From contig CAZINN010000008.1 in assembly GCA_964540615.1 (NCBI GenBank), positions 2,641 through 66,640 on the forward strand: a DNA stretch of 64,000 bases, read 5' to 3'. The notes under the pieces are model-generated. The model did not search any database. It was not told the DNA's origin and saw only the letters and a list, made by a program, of their open reading frames with translations. This document shows positions 48,849 through 58,784 of the stretch, in pieces. A program made the translations under genes and the position numbers. The number at the start of each line of letters is the position of its first letter. Position 1 is the stretch's first letter. The stretch is from an uncultured Treponemataceae bacterium. Its GTDB lineage: Bacteria > Spirochaetota > Spirochaetia > Treponematales > Rectinemataceae.

Positions 48849-48879
48849 AAGTCTCCCCTCTTGCTTCCCCGCCGGCGTC

Positions 48880-50829
48880 CTACCGAAGGCCGTAGGCGTT
48901 CTGCAGTATGCGTAGATTGCGTTCGTTCATCGTCTTCGATCCTTCAGGCGTATACGAATACTCGATCGCGTCCTTGTGGACCTGGGCGATGCGGTGCCGG
49001 ACGATCTTCATGGTCGAATTCACGGTGCCGTCTTTGTCGCTGAAGCTCTCGCCGATGATCTGAAACACCGCGGGCGCCCAGGCGCTTTGAACCTTTTTGG
49101 CCTTCGGGTCGTCCTTGTACCGGTTGAATTCGAGCGAGAGCCGCGCGAGAAGCGATTCCGCGTCGCCGATGCCTTCGGCTTTGATAAGCCGTTTGACCTT
49201 CTCCGCGTCGAGCGTGACGAGGGCGGTTACGTATTTTTTCTGCTCGCACCAGACCATGATCTGATCGATCACATCGGTCGAGAACGTCACCGCCTCCTCG
49301 ATTTCTTCGGGGCTGTACTTTTCGCCGTCTTCGGCGATGAGGAGCGCCTTCTCGCGGCCGACGACGACGAGGAATCCATCTTTGTCCCAATGGGCGAGGT
49401 CGCCGGTGTAGAGCCATCCGTCGCGCAATGCCTGTGCGGTGGCCTCGGGATTCTTGAAGTAGCCCTTCATGACACTGCCGCCGCGGATGACGATTTCCGC
49501 GTTTTCTCCTACTGCCGCCGGGCTGCCGTCTTCTTTGATCAGCTTGACCTCGATCGAGGGGCAGGTGATCCCGGATGTTCCGAATTTATGTTTTATCGGG
49601 CTGTTCGAGGAAATGATCGGCGCGGCCTCGGTCAGGCCGTAGCCTTGATAAATCGGAACGCCGAAGGCCGCGAAGAACTCCTGCTGTTTTATGTCCAGAA
49701 GCGCGCCGCCGCCGACACAGTACTGGATGCGGTCGCCGAATATCATTTTTTTGATTTTGCTAAACAGTAAGACCTTCGCGAGCATATAGGGAAAGAAGGC
49801 CTTCATCCGTGTACTGAGGGGCGGCCGATTGAAACCGTCGCCGTTCCATGCGATTCCGGCCGCGATGCCCGATTTGAAAATTCTCTCTATGAGGCCGCCT
49901 TTCTCTTCGACGCCAGAGATGATCTTTTTCATGAAATTGCCCGAAAGGGCCGGAACGGTCATGATGAAGGTCGGGCGCGCTTCTTTCAGGTTGATGGGTA
50001 TGTTTCTGAGCGTCGCTATCCCGCCGCCCCGCGAATCGACGAAGTACAGCGACATGCCGATGAGGAGGGCGATGTACAGGCCGGCCGTATGGGCGAAGGA
50101 ATGATCGACGGGAAGTATGACAAGCGTTGTAAAGCCTGAAGGCATTTTGAACAGCGCGACCCCGTCGTGGCAGTTTGTCCAATAATTGAGATGCGTGAGC
50201 ATAATGCCCTTGGGATTTCCGGTGGTTCCGGAGGTATAACAAATGGTCGCCGTGTCGTCTTCCTCGATGCCGGCGGCGATCTCGTCGAGCCGGGAGGACA
50301 GATTCGATCCAGGCGATTCAAGCGCCTGCCGGCCCGCCATCGCCGCGTCGGCGAATCCGACGATACGCTCGGGTTCGAGTCCGCGGCGAGATGCCGCGTC
50401 GCGGGCGTACTCGACGTCATCGTCGAGGTAGACGAGCCGGACGCCGCGGTTTGGAACAGCTGCAAGCGCGTCGAGGACTTTCTCGATCTGGTTCTTCGTG
50501 GTCAAGACGGCCTTCGCCTCGGAGTGCTCGAGCCGGAACGGAATCTCATCGACGAGAAGTTTGATGGAGAGCGGAACGGAAATGCACCCGGCCCGCAGAA
50601 CGCCGCACTCACCGATGATCCATTCCGGGCTCCCCTCGCCGAGAATCGCGACGCGGTCTTCTTTATTGAATCCATTGGATATGAGCCAGGCGGCGAATTC
50701 CCGTGATTTCGCGCGAGCCTCCGCGAATGATGTGGCGATCCATCCCGAGTCGGTTTTTTTCAGCGCATAGGGAGTGCGGTCCCATTTCGAAGCCGCTTCG
50801 TCCATCATTCGAATCAGTGTGCGTTTCAT
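48880..50829 (-). CDS. long-chain fatty acid-CoA ligase (AMP-forming)
   Basis: AMP-binding motif ICYTSGTTGNPKGIMLTH, plus YGLTE and GDLAHWDKDGF. Confidence 0.85.
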   Translation of the reverse strand: MKRTLIRMMDEAASKWDRTPYALKKTDSGWIATSFAEARAKSREFAAWLISNGFNKEDRVAILGEGSPEWIIGECGVLRAGCISVPLSIKLLVDEIPFRLEHSEAKAVLTTKNQIEKVLDALAAVPNRGVRLVYLDDDVEYARDAASRRGLEPERIVGFADAAMAGRQALESPGSNLSSRLDEIAAGIEEDDTATICYTSGTTGNPKGIMLTHLNYWTNCHDGVALFKMPSGFTTLVILPVDHSFAHTAGLYIALLIGMSLYFVDSRGGGIATLRNIPINLKEARPTFIMTVPALSGNFMKKIISGVEEKGGLIERIFKSGIAAGIAWNGDGFNRPPLSTRMKAFFPYMLAKVLLFSKIKKMIFGDRIQYCVGGGALLDIKQQEFFAAFGVPIYQGYGLTEAAPIISSNSPIKHKFGTSGITCPSIEVKLIKEDGSPAAVGENAEIVIRGGSVMKGYFKNPEATAQALRDGWLYTGDLAHWDKDGFLVVVGREKALLIAEDGEKYSPEEIEEAVTFSTDVIDQIMVWCEQKKYVTALVTLDAEKVKRLIKAEGIGDAESLLARLSLEFNRYKDDPKAKKVQSAWAPAVFQIIGESFSDKDGTVNSTMKIVRHRIAQVHKDAIEYSYTPEGSKTMNERNLRILQNAYGLR

Positions 50830-50930
50830 GCGGTGTTCTCCTTAAAGTGAATAACAAGCGGCATACTACCACGGGGCCGTCCCGCGGACCAGGCCGGCCT
50901 TCGATGCGCGATCGTCGAATCGACCGGGCA

Positions 50931-50959
50931 TTGACAGAGAAATCGCCCGAGTATAGCCT
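50931..50959 (+). promoter_or_regulatory. sigma70-type promoter candidate for prs
   Basis: TTGACA - 17 nt - TAGCCT (or 15 nt - TATAGC), about 40 nt upstream of the prs ATG. Confidence 0.35.
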
Positions 50960-50995
50960 GAGTTTTAAGCCCGTGATCAGCGAAGGTACTTCCGC

Positions 50996-52261
50996 ATGAG
51001 CTATTCCGACCCGACAAAGCTAGGCATTTTGGCCTGTCCCGGGGCCGACGCGTTCGCGAATCAGGTTATCCGCAGGCTGGCCGGCATATATCAGCGTCGG
51101 TTCGAGCGGAAGTGCGCCGCTCTTGCGTCCCGCTACAACATTTCCCAGGAACTTGTCACGCGGAAGTTCAACCTCGACAGCGACATGCGGTCGAGTCTCC
51201 TGTATATCCCCGGCAATGTCAGCCAATACCGCCCGCCGCGCTTCAAGATCAACGCGCGGCACACGTACTTCCCCAACGGCGAGGTCAAGACAGAGATTCT
51301 CGATTCTGTACGCGGCAAGGATTTGTATATCTTCCAGGATGTCGAGAATCATCAGCCGATCCCCTTCAACGACGGGACCGTACACCGTCATCTTTCCGTA
51401 AACGACCATCTGTTTTCACTGCTCGTCACCGTCGACGCGGCCGTACAGGCCGGGGCGGAGCGGGTGAATCTTGTTCTGCCTGCATATCCTTACAGCAGAC
51501 AGCATAAAAAAAAGGGCCGCGAGGGATTGACCGCGGCCCGGGTCGGACAGATGCTCGAGAATCTCGGCGTCCAGCGCATTATCACCTTGGACATACACTC
51601 AAAGGAGATCGAAAACTGCTTCGATCATCTTCATCTCGAGAATTTGCACGCCTCGCTTCAAATCATCGAGAAGCTCATAGGCGTGGTGGACATAACAAAA
51701 GACGATATCGTCGTGCTCGCCCCCGACACCGGGGCGATCGACCGGAACAAGTTCTACGCGAACGCTCTGCAAAAACCCCTCGCCCTGCTGTACAAGGAGC
51801 GGGATTATTCGAAAATAACAAAGAGCGCATCGGAGTCCAATATCAGCGACATGAAGCTATTGGGCGACGTCAAGGGCAGGACCGTCTTCATGGCGGATGA
51901 CATGATCGGCACGGGCTCGACGCTCATCAAAGGCATGAAGCACCTTAAGGAGATGGGCGCCGCTCGGGTGATCTGCGCGGTGTCGCTGCCTTTGTTTTCG
52001 GGGTCGGCGGTCGATGATTTCGACGCGGCGTACCGCCAGGGACTCTTTCACAAGATTATCGGAACGAACGGTGTGCATCATCGGGAGCTTCTGCAGAAAG
52101 AGTGGTATATCCAGGCCGATGTCACGGGTCTGTTCGCGCAGATCATCAGTCTTGTGCACCATAATCGCTCGGTTTCGTCCATGCTCGACAACCGCGAGCT
52201 CGTCGCGAAGCGGATAAAAAAACAGGCCGAACGCATGGCTAAAGATGCGGCGCTGCGATGA
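50996..52261 (+). CDS. prs: ribose-phosphate pyrophosphokinase (long form with N-domain insertion)
   Basis: VLPAYPYSRQHKK, DIHSKEIENCF, and PRPP loop FMADDMIGTGSTL. At 421 aa it is much longer than the roughly 315 aa of classical Prs. Confidence 0.8.
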   Translation: MSYSDPTKLGILACPGADAFANQVIRRLAGIYQRRFERKCAALASRYNISQELVTRKFNLDSDMRSSLLYIPGNVSQYRPPRFKINARHTYFPNGEVKTEILDSVRGKDLYIFQDVENHQPIPFNDGTVHRHLSVNDHLFSLLVTVDAAVQAGAERVNLVLPAYPYSRQHKKKGREGLTAARVGQMLENLGVQRIITLDIHSKEIENCFDHLHLENLHASLQIIEKLIGVVDITKDDIVVLAPDTGAIDRNKFYANALQKPLALLYKERDYSKITKSASESNISDMKLLGDVKGRTVFMADDMIGTGSTLIKGMKHLKEMGAARVICAVSLPLFSGSAVDDFDAAYRQGLFHKIIGTNGVHHRELLQKEWYIQADVTGLFAQIISLVHHNRSVSSMLDNRELVAKRIKKQAERMAKDAALR

Positions 52262-52899
52262 AGATCATCGCCGTCGGCGACGATCCGAAGGCCTTAGTCT
52301 TCGATCTCGACAATACGCTGTATACCAACCCCGCCTACGCCAAATTTCAGGAGGATGTGCTCGTCGAACGTCTGGGGAAGGAGCTGGGCATCGGCGCCGC
52401 CGCGGCCGCTGAGAAGATTGCCGCACTTCGCGCAGAGCGCGAGGCCGCGGGCCTCGGAAAGACGAGCCTCGGCAAGCTGTTCGCCGCTCTCGGTATCGAT
52501 ATGCGCGACAGCGTGAAGTGGCGCGAGGAGTGTATCGAGCCGGCGCGGTGGCTCAAACGGGACGAAAAATTGAATTCAGCCCTCCGTTCGCTTGCGAAGC
52601 GATTCGCGCTCGCCCTCATGACGAACAATCCGAGGCTGGTCGGCGAAAAAAGTCTTGATGCCCTCGGAATACGAGGGAATTTCTCTGTCCTGGTGGGACT
52701 TGACGACACATTGTCCGGAAAACCTTCCCCCGAACCGTTCAAAGAAGTCTGCCGCCGTCTCGGTCGCGCGCCGGGAGAATGCGTATCCATCGGCGACCGC
52801 TTCGATGTCGACCTCGCGCCCGCGATGGAGCTTGGAATGGGCGCGATTCTGGTGGAGAGCGTCGCCGATATCTACGAACTTCCGAAGTACTTCGAGTAG
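52258..52899 (+). CDS. HAD-superfamily hydrolase
   Basis: Motif I LVFDLDNTLY and motif IV SIGDRFDVD. 4-nt overlap with prs. Confidence 0.75.
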   Translation: MKIIAVGDDPKALVFDLDNTLYTNPAYAKFQEDVLVERLGKELGIGAAAAAEKIAALRAEREAAGLGKTSLGKLFAALGIDMRDSVKWREECIEPARWLKRDEKLNSALRSLAKRFALALMTNNPRLVGEKSLDALGIRGNFSVLVGLDDTLSGKPSPEPFKEVCRRLGRAPGECVSIGDRFDVDLAPAMELGMGAILVESVADIYELPKYFE

Positions 52900-52949
52900 A
52901 CTGCGCGCGATGATGGGCGGGTCATCGTTTCGTCGGTATACTTGAAAGC

Positions 52950-53765
52950 ATGCAGCAACGATCAGGCCTCCATCGATTTTCCGTTTTGAGCGCGCTAGTG
53001 ATGTTCGGCTCCTTATGCTTCGCGCAGAGCACGGGCCTTCAAAGCGCTCTGAGTATCGTGGGTTCGGCGGTTTATACCGAGGTGCTGTCGAAAGGAAAGG
53101 CGGTGCGGCTCGGGAAGGGCCTTCCTTCGCTCTTGCCCGCGCATCCCGCAGCGGCATCCTTCCGCAGCGCGATCAGCGGCGAAGACCCGCCTGTCTTGGT
53201 CGAGACGATCTTTATTCTTCCGCGCAAAGCTCCTTCCAACCCCGCCGTTATGGAAGCCGAACGCGCCTCGCTCTACGGCCTCATGCGGTCGATCGGCTCG
53301 CTCGAGGGCATCGAATACTACTCGGCGAGCAGGAAAAAAATGCGCACGTTCTACGCCGAGTCCTATTTGATCAGCGATCCGAAATCGAGGACGCGGCTTC
53401 CTGATCCGGCGCCGCCCGCCGCCGGAGCCATCCCCTCCGCAGAAACCTTCTATGCATTTCAGCGCGATCTCTCGTTCGGGTCGAATGTCTATCGGTATGA
53501 GTTCGAGTCAGATTCCGCCGCGATTCGGGTGACGACGACGAACATGACGACGATGAGCTATTCGCTTGTCCCGGTCATGTCGCCCGGGGCCTTGAAAACT
53601 CGGCTCCTCATAATCCAGGCCGAAGATGCGATCGTGTTCTACGCCGAGAGCGGGGCCGCGGCGCCCGGTCTGTTCAAGGGCAAGCTCGAAGATTCCTTCT
53701 CGAACCGCGCCGAGGCTCTTTTCAAGTGGTTTTCGTCGAGGGCGGCGGCCTTCATCGGGAATTGA
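52950..53765 (+). CDS. secreted hypothetical protein
   Basis: Signal peptide MQQRSGLHRFSVLSALVMFGSLCFAQS. No motif I recognise. Confidence 0.6.
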   Translation: MQQRSGLHRFSVLSALVMFGSLCFAQSTGLQSALSIVGSAVYTEVLSKGKAVRLGKGLPSLLPAHPAAASFRSAISGEDPPVLVETIFILPRKAPSNPAVMEAERASLYGLMRSIGSLEGIEYYSASRKKMRTFYAESYLISDPKSRTRLPDPAPPAAGAIPSAETFYAFQRDLSFGSNVYRYEFESDSAAIRVTTTNMTTMSYSLVPVMSPGALKTRLLIIQAEDAIVFYAESGAAAPGLFKGKLEDSFSNRAEALFKWFSSRAAAFIGN

Positions 53766-53775
53766 GGGCCGACGA

Positions 53776-55032
53776 TCACTCGTTGTAAGCCCGCGCTCCG
53801 ATGTCGGGCCGGTACCATGAGCCCTCGAAATGGACGGCCGCGGCCAATGTATAGGCGCGATCCCGGGCCTCGGGCCAGGTCGAGCCTATCCCTACGGCGG
53901 TGAAACACCGTCCTCCGCCCGTTCGGATGACGCCGTCGGCCCCGCGCGTCGTCGAAGCATGGAATAGAAACGAGCCACCCTCGGCCGTCAGGGCCGAGGC
54001 GGCGGAAAGATCGACGGGGATATTCTTCGGGTACGATCCCGGGTATCCCGGCGCGGCCACGACGACGCCGCAGGCGCGGGCATTGGAGAATACAGGCTTA
54101 GCCGCCGATAGATCTCCGTTGACAGCGGCCATCATAAGCCCGCCGAGGTCGGATTCGAGTAGGGGCAGGAGCGATTGTGTCTCGGGGTCGCCGAAACGGA
54201 CGTTGTATTCGAGAAGCCGCGGGCCGCGCTCGGTCAGCATGATGCCGAAGAAGAGAACGCCTCGATACGCAAGATCCTCGGCGGCCATACCGCGGTAGGT
54301 GGGCTCGATGATCTCCCGTTCGACGCGGGCCATGACGGCCGAATCGGCGTAGGGGACGGGGCAGATCGCCCCCATCCCGCCGGTGTTCCGTCCGCTGTCC
54401 CCGGCCCCTTCTTTTTTATGGTCGGCGCAGGCGGGAAGCACGATATAGTTCTTTCCGTCGGAGACACCGAAGACCGAAAGCTCGCGGCCCTTCAGATATT
54501 CTTCGACGAGAAGCTCGTCGTGCTCCAAAACCGCCAGCCCGAACGATTCGAGTTCCGAGCGGCTGTCGGACTCGAGAACACCCTTGCCCGCCGCGAGGCC
54601 GCTTTTTTTGAGGACAAGGCGTTCCCCGCGTCGCTCGACGAGGAAGCGGCGGAACGCGGCCGCTTCGGTGAATCGGGCTGTGGCGGCGCAGGGAACGCCC
54701 CAGCGTTCGGCGAAGGCGCGCGCGAAGGCTTTACTCGATTCAAGCGCCGCGGAATTCTTCGGAGGACCGAAAGCCGCTATTCCCGACGCTGCGAGTGCGT
54801 CGATCAATCCGGCCGCCAGCGGAACTTCGGGACCGACCACGACGAGCTCGGGTTTGTAACTTCGGGCCGCGGCGACGACGGATGCGGGATCTTCGGCGTC
54901 GGCTTCGATAGTATCGGCGATCTCGGCGCTGCCTGCGTTCCCGGGTGCGCAGGCTGTACTGTGCCCGGCTTTCACCAGCGAGTAAACCAAGGCATGCTCC
55001 CGCGCGCCGCTTCCTACGACCAAGACTTTCAT
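53776..55032 (-). CDS. purD: phosphoribosylamine-glycine ligase
   Basis: MKVLVVGSGAREHAL and an ATP-grasp core. pur operon context. Confidence 0.95.
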   Translation of the reverse strand: MKVLVVGSGAREHALVYSLVKAGHSTACAPGNAGSAEIADTIEADAEDPASVVAAARSYKPELVVVGPEVPLAAGLIDALAASGIAAFGPPKNSAALESSKAFARAFAERWGVPCAATARFTEAAAFRRFLVERRGERLVLKKSGLAAGKGVLESDSRSELESFGLAVLEHDELLVEEYLKGRELSVFGVSDGKNYIVLPACADHKKEGAGDSGRNTGGMGAICPVPYADSAVMARVEREIIEPTYRGMAAEDLAYRGVLFFGIMLTERGPRLLEYNVRFGDPETQSLLPLLESDLGGLMMAAVNGDLSAAKPVFSNARACGVVVAAPGYPGSYPKNIPVDLSAASALTAEGGSFLFHASTTRGADGVIRTGGGRCFTAVGIGSTWPEARDRAYTLAAAVHFEGSWYRPDIGARAYNE

Positions 55033-55628
55033 GTTCGATGTCCTTTCGCTTCCATGGCGTCCAAAAGATCGAGCACCACTTTGGGGTACAGCCTATGCTC
55101 AACAGCATGCGTCCGCTGCTCAATCGATTCAACGGATTCGCCCGCCCGGGCCCGGAAAGACTCCTGTGCGATGATCGGGCCTGTGTCCACCCCTTCGTCT
55201 ATGTAATGAATCGTTACGCCGAACAAGCGTTCTCCTGCGTTGAATGCATCCTGGATCGCATGGGCGCCCGGCCATTTGGGCAGAAGCGATGGGTGTATAT
55301 TCACGACCCGGCCCTTCCATGCGCGGGCAAACTCGGGCGAAAGTACGCGCATGAATCCGGCGAGGGCCACAAGGTCGGCCTTGTATTCGCGTAGTAGTGC
55401 GCTGATTTCCATCTCGGCCTCTTCTCGGCCGCGGCCGATGTACGGCACATATCTCGAAGCGATACCGAGGCGTGCGGCTCGTTCCGCGGCGAAGGCCGCC
55501 TTTCTGTCGTAGATGAGAATGACACAGTCGTGCGCGGGGCCGTCGGCGCGGGGCCGCGACTGGATGGCCTCGGCAAGAGCTTCGAAATTCGAACCATTGC
55601 CGCTTGCAAGGACCGCGAGTTTAGCCAT
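55029..55628 (-). CDS. purN: phosphoribosylglycinamide formyltransferase
   Basis: LAVLASGNGSNFEAL, VVNIHPSLLPKWPG, GVTIHYIDEGVDTGPII. Confidence 0.95.
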   Translation of the reverse strand: MAKLAVLASGNGSNFEALAEAIQSRPRADGPAHDCVILIYDRKAAFAAERAARLGIASRYVPYIGRGREEAEMEISALLREYKADLVALAGFMRVLSPEFARAWKGRVVNIHPSLLPKWPGAHAIQDAFNAGERLFGVTIHYIDEGVDTGPIIAQESFRARAGESVESIEQRTHAVEHRLYPKVVLDLLDAMEAKGHRT

Positions 55629-55640
55629 TCTGCGCCTCCA

Positions 55641-57080
55641 TCAGCCTGCCGCTTTCGGAGGGAAGGGATGGCTTCCATCGAAGCAGGCGCTGCAGAACCC
55701 CTCTCCCCCCAAGGCCGCCAAAAGCCGATCGACGGGCAGAAACTTGACGGAATCGGCGCCGATCTCACGAGCGACCGCCTCGGGATTGAGTCTGTTCGAA
55801 ATGAGCTGATCGCGGTCCGGAATATCGATGCCGTAATAGCAGGGCCATTTCAGTTCGGGCGAGGCGAGGCGGAGATGGACCTCGCGGGCGCCCGCCTCCC
55901 TCAGTAGTCCGACGATGATGCGGCTCGTCGTGCCTCTGACCAGCGAATCATCGATCATGACGACGCGCTTGCCCGATACCACCTGCGGAACGGCGTGAAG
56001 CTTCAGACGGGCCGCAAGCTCGCGTTTGTCTTTGGTCGGCATGATGAAACTTCGACCCGCGTAATGGTTGCGGGCCAGGCCGAAGTCGAAGGGCAGGCCC
56101 GAACGCCGGGAATAGCCGATCGCCGAAATATTGCCGGAATCGGGCACGGGGATGACGATATCGGCAGGAATATCCGCGGCATCGAGTTCGGCGAGGGCTT
56201 CGCCCAGCCGCACGCGTGCGGCGTGCACCGATCGTCCGAACACCTCCGAATCGGGGCGCGCGAAGTAGATCAACTCGAACACGCATCGCGATAATCGGGG
56301 CCGCGCCGCAAGTCTGAACGAGGTTTCGCCGGATGCGTCGATGATGACAACCTCGCCCGGCTCGACTTCGCGGTACTCCATGGGAACCGTATAGTGGAGC
56401 GCGCAGGTTTCGGATGTAATGAAAGTCGTCGATCCCGAACGTCCGATATATAAAGGCCTGAATCCCGAGGGATCCCGCGCGGCGATCAAGGCGTCCTCGT
56501 GCAGCATGGCGATGCTGTATGCGCCTTCGAGCGGCTCGAGCGCATCGCGCAGGAATTCCTCACGGCTTTTGCCGCGTGAGCGCGAAATCAGGTGGAGGAT
56601 GAGCTCCGAGTCGGCGGTGCCCTGAAAGATCGAACCGGCCTCGGTCAGCTCGGCGCGGAGCGCGGCGCCGTTCGAGATATTCCCGTTGTGCGCCAGCGCG
56701 ATGCGCCCCTTGTTGCAGTCGACGACGATGGGCTGGGCGTTCTGCACCCCCGAGCCTCCGGCGGTCGAATATCGCACATGCCCGAGCCCAATCCGCGATA
56801 GATGATGTTCCTGAACGAATCGGCCGAGCACCTGGGCGACCATTCCGAGGTCGCGGTGAGACTTCCACGCTTCTCCTTCCTCCCAGGCGATCCCGCAGGA
56901 CTCCTGGCCGCGGTGCTGGAGCGAGAAGAGCATATAGAAAAGGGTTCGGGGAATATCCGTCGGATCGGGCGAAAAAACGCCGGCGACGCCGCATTCATGA
57001 CCAAGGGAAACCGGCCACGGGGCCGTTGTCCCGCATCGGCCGAAGGGCAAAGCGTCGTCGTGCATATCAGGTTCTAGCAC
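55641..57080 (-). CDS. purF: amidophosphoribosyltransferase
   Basis: Ntn Cys in ECGVAGVF, HRGQESCGI, PRT loop VMIDDSLVRGTT, and a C-terminal Cys cluster. Start is GTG 57080 or ATG 57065. Confidence 0.93.
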   Translation of the reverse strand: MLEPDMHDDALPFGRCGTTAPWPVSLGHECGVAGVFSPDPTDIPRTLFYMLFSLQHRGQESCGIAWEEGEAWKSHRDLGMVAQVLGRFVQEHHLSRIGLGHVRYSTAGGSGVQNAQPIVVDCNKGRIALAHNGNISNGAALRAELTEAGSIFQGTADSELILHLISRSRGKSREEFLRDALEPLEGAYSIAMLHEDALIAARDPSGFRPLYIGRSGSTTFITSETCALHYTVPMEYREVEPGEVVIIDASGETSFRLAARPRLSRCVFELIYFARPDSEVFGRSVHAARVRLGEALAELDAADIPADIVIPVPDSGNISAIGYSRRSGLPFDFGLARNHYAGRSFIMPTKDKRELAARLKLHAVPQVVSGKRVVMIDDSLVRGTTSRIIVGLLREAGAREVHLRLASPELKWPCYYGIDIPDRDQLISNRLNPEAVAREIGADSVKFLPVDRLLAALGGEGFCSACFDGSHPFPPKAAG

Positions 57081-57096
57081 GTGGGAACGATGAGGG

Positions 57097-58758
57097 TCAA
57101 GGTTGAGCGTTTTTCGACTCTGACGTTGGTATTTTGTGTACTGGATGTGCGATTTCCGCCGTGTCTGCGACCAGGGAACGCTGAACCGGGGTTTTGACGA
57201 AGGCGAAATTCCGCATGATCTTGACGAGCGTGGCGATACGGTCGCGGCCCGCCTGAATCTGTCCGATTATTTCTTTGTTCCGCCCGCCGCCGAGCGTATG
57301 GATATTGGTTATCAGATCGGGGCTTGATCGCCGGAAATCCGCCAGGAATTCTCCAAGCGCCTCGCCGAGCATGGCGAACAGACTCGACTCGTCCTCGACA
57401 ATGCTTCGAGCCCTGTCGTTTACGGTGTCGACGAAGTGCGAAAGGAAGGACGCGATATCCTTGCCTCGTTTCATCTCCTCGAGATACCGCCGCATCGAGG
57501 CCAGCGAGATTCTTCCATTTCCTTGCAGCTGTTCTTCGAACTCGGTGATCCGGGCGCCGGCGCGTTCGCATTGATACAGGACATTCGCAAGATTGTTCTG
57601 GAACGCCTTGTCGTCGAAATATCCCTCCACGAGAATCCGCTTGACCGATTCCTTGAGCGCAGGATCGAAGACGACGGCGATAAACGTTTTGAGCAGGCGG
57701 AGCGGTTTTATCCAGATGAAACCGTTCGGACTCTCGCGCCTGAGCAGCATGTCGTTCGCGTCGTCGTATCCTTCGACCTCCAGGATTTCGGCGTCCCCGA
57801 AGAGCGCCCGGATATCCGCGGCGATTGCGTTTTCGTGGCGCTCGCGCGTTATTCGTTCGCGGTCCCTGTCGAACTGGGAGATCAGGCGGCGTTTGTATGC
57901 GTCCAAAAAATCTTTGTGCTCGCGCGGGGTCGGCGGCAGGTAGAACGGATCGCCGCGGATCGCGCGTATCATGCACAGAAGGATGTCGATATCAAGGCGT
58001 TCGGAGACTATCGCGTCGAGCTGAGAGAAAAGCTTGTCGATTCTCGCCTTTTTTTCATGATCCACCGCAAGCGCCTGCCTTCGTTCTACGAGGCGCAGCA
58101 CATTCGACTTGAGCTGCGGGGAAAAAACGAAACCTTCGAGCAAATAATAGAAATCGAGAATCTCGGGCAGAGCCTGCTCGCCGGCCACCGGCGCAAAGTC
58201 AGGCTTGTATCGCGGATTGTCGATGCTCGCCGATGGATCGAAGAGCCCGAGGATGCGTTCGTAATCGTGTTTGCAAAGCTCGGCGAAACGATCGATCTCG
58301 AAAAGTTCGTCGTTGACCGACTGCGATCCCAAGGCCTCGATGGCGCGCAAAAACGATTGGAACTCCCGAAGAATCAGTTCCATCTCTTCGTCGGGTTTGA
58401 GAGCGGCGTTGATTCTCTCCGACATTCCTTCGTACGAGAAAAAATGTTTATGCTCCTGTTCCGAGACGGGCAGCCTGCAGTCGATGAGATAATCGAAGTA
58501 TCGCTGCGATATCTTCGGGTCGGAGTTTGCGATTGTGGCCCGGGACAATTCTGTGAACGGTTTAAGAAGATTATAGAATCGGAGGATCGACGCGGCGAAG
58601 GCCGGGAGTACGATGTTCTGCTTTTGTTTGTATATATGCGGATGCCGTTCGGAAAGGATGGAATGAATCCTGCGGAGTTCGGATCGTTTACGTGCTTCTT
58701 CGGGATCTCTTGGGAAGAGACGTGAAATCAATGCTTTAATCCACGAGAGGAGACCCAT
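57097..58758 (-). CDS. hypothetical protein, 553 aa, predicted all-helical and cytoplasmic
   Basis: Long ORF co-oriented and tightly packed between the BFN nuclease gene (26-nt gap) and purF (16-nt gap). Balanced amino-acid composition, unlike the antisense ORF. No recognised motif. Confidence 0.7.
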   Translation of the reverse strand: MGLLSWIKALISRLFPRDPEEARKRSELRRIHSILSERHPHIYKQKQNIVLPAFAASILRFYNLLKPFTELSRATIANSDPKISQRYFDYLIDCRLPVSEQEHKHFFSYEGMSERINAALKPDEEMELILREFQSFLRAIEALGSQSVNDELFEIDRFAELCKHDYERILGLFDPSASIDNPRYKPDFAPVAGEQALPEILDFYYLLEGFVFSPQLKSNVLRLVERRQALAVDHEKKARIDKLFSQLDAIVSERLDIDILLCMIRAIRGDPFYLPPTPREHKDFLDAYKRRLISQFDRDRERITRERHENAIAADIRALFGDAEILEVEGYDDANDMLLRRESPNGFIWIKPLRLLKTFIAVVFDPALKESVKRILVEGYFDDKAFQNNLANVLYQCERAGARITEFEEQLQGNGRISLASMRRYLEEMKRGKDIASFLSHFVDTVNDRARSIVEDESSLFAMLGEALGEFLADFRRSSPDLITNIHTLGGGRNKEIIGQIQAGRDRIATLVKIMRNFAFVKTPVQRSLVADTAEIAHPVHKIPTSESKNAQP

Positions 58759-58784
58759 GGGAAGATTGTACGGCGGCGCCGGAA

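Noticed and set aside
57073-57088. CACGTG-centred sequence at the purF start, considered as a second parS.
   Set aside because: Only the central hexamer matches. The flanking arms (TTCTAG / GGAACG) do not fit TGTTT / AAACA.
57074-57976. 300-aa extremely Arg-rich minus-strand ORF. Similar Arg/Pro/Gly-rich ORFs: 48019..48915, 54175..55206, 43243..44763 (5' part) and 52..1197.
   Set aside because: They are off-frame readings of real genes, with low-complexity Arg/Gly/Pro composition and no start signals.
57436-58725. 429-aa plus-strand ORF opposite the 553-aa hypothetical gene.
   Set aside because: Its composition is Arg/Glu/Asp/Val-heavy, typical of the antisense frame of a GC3-rich gene. It has no SD and its orientation conflicts with the tightly packed minus-strand operon.
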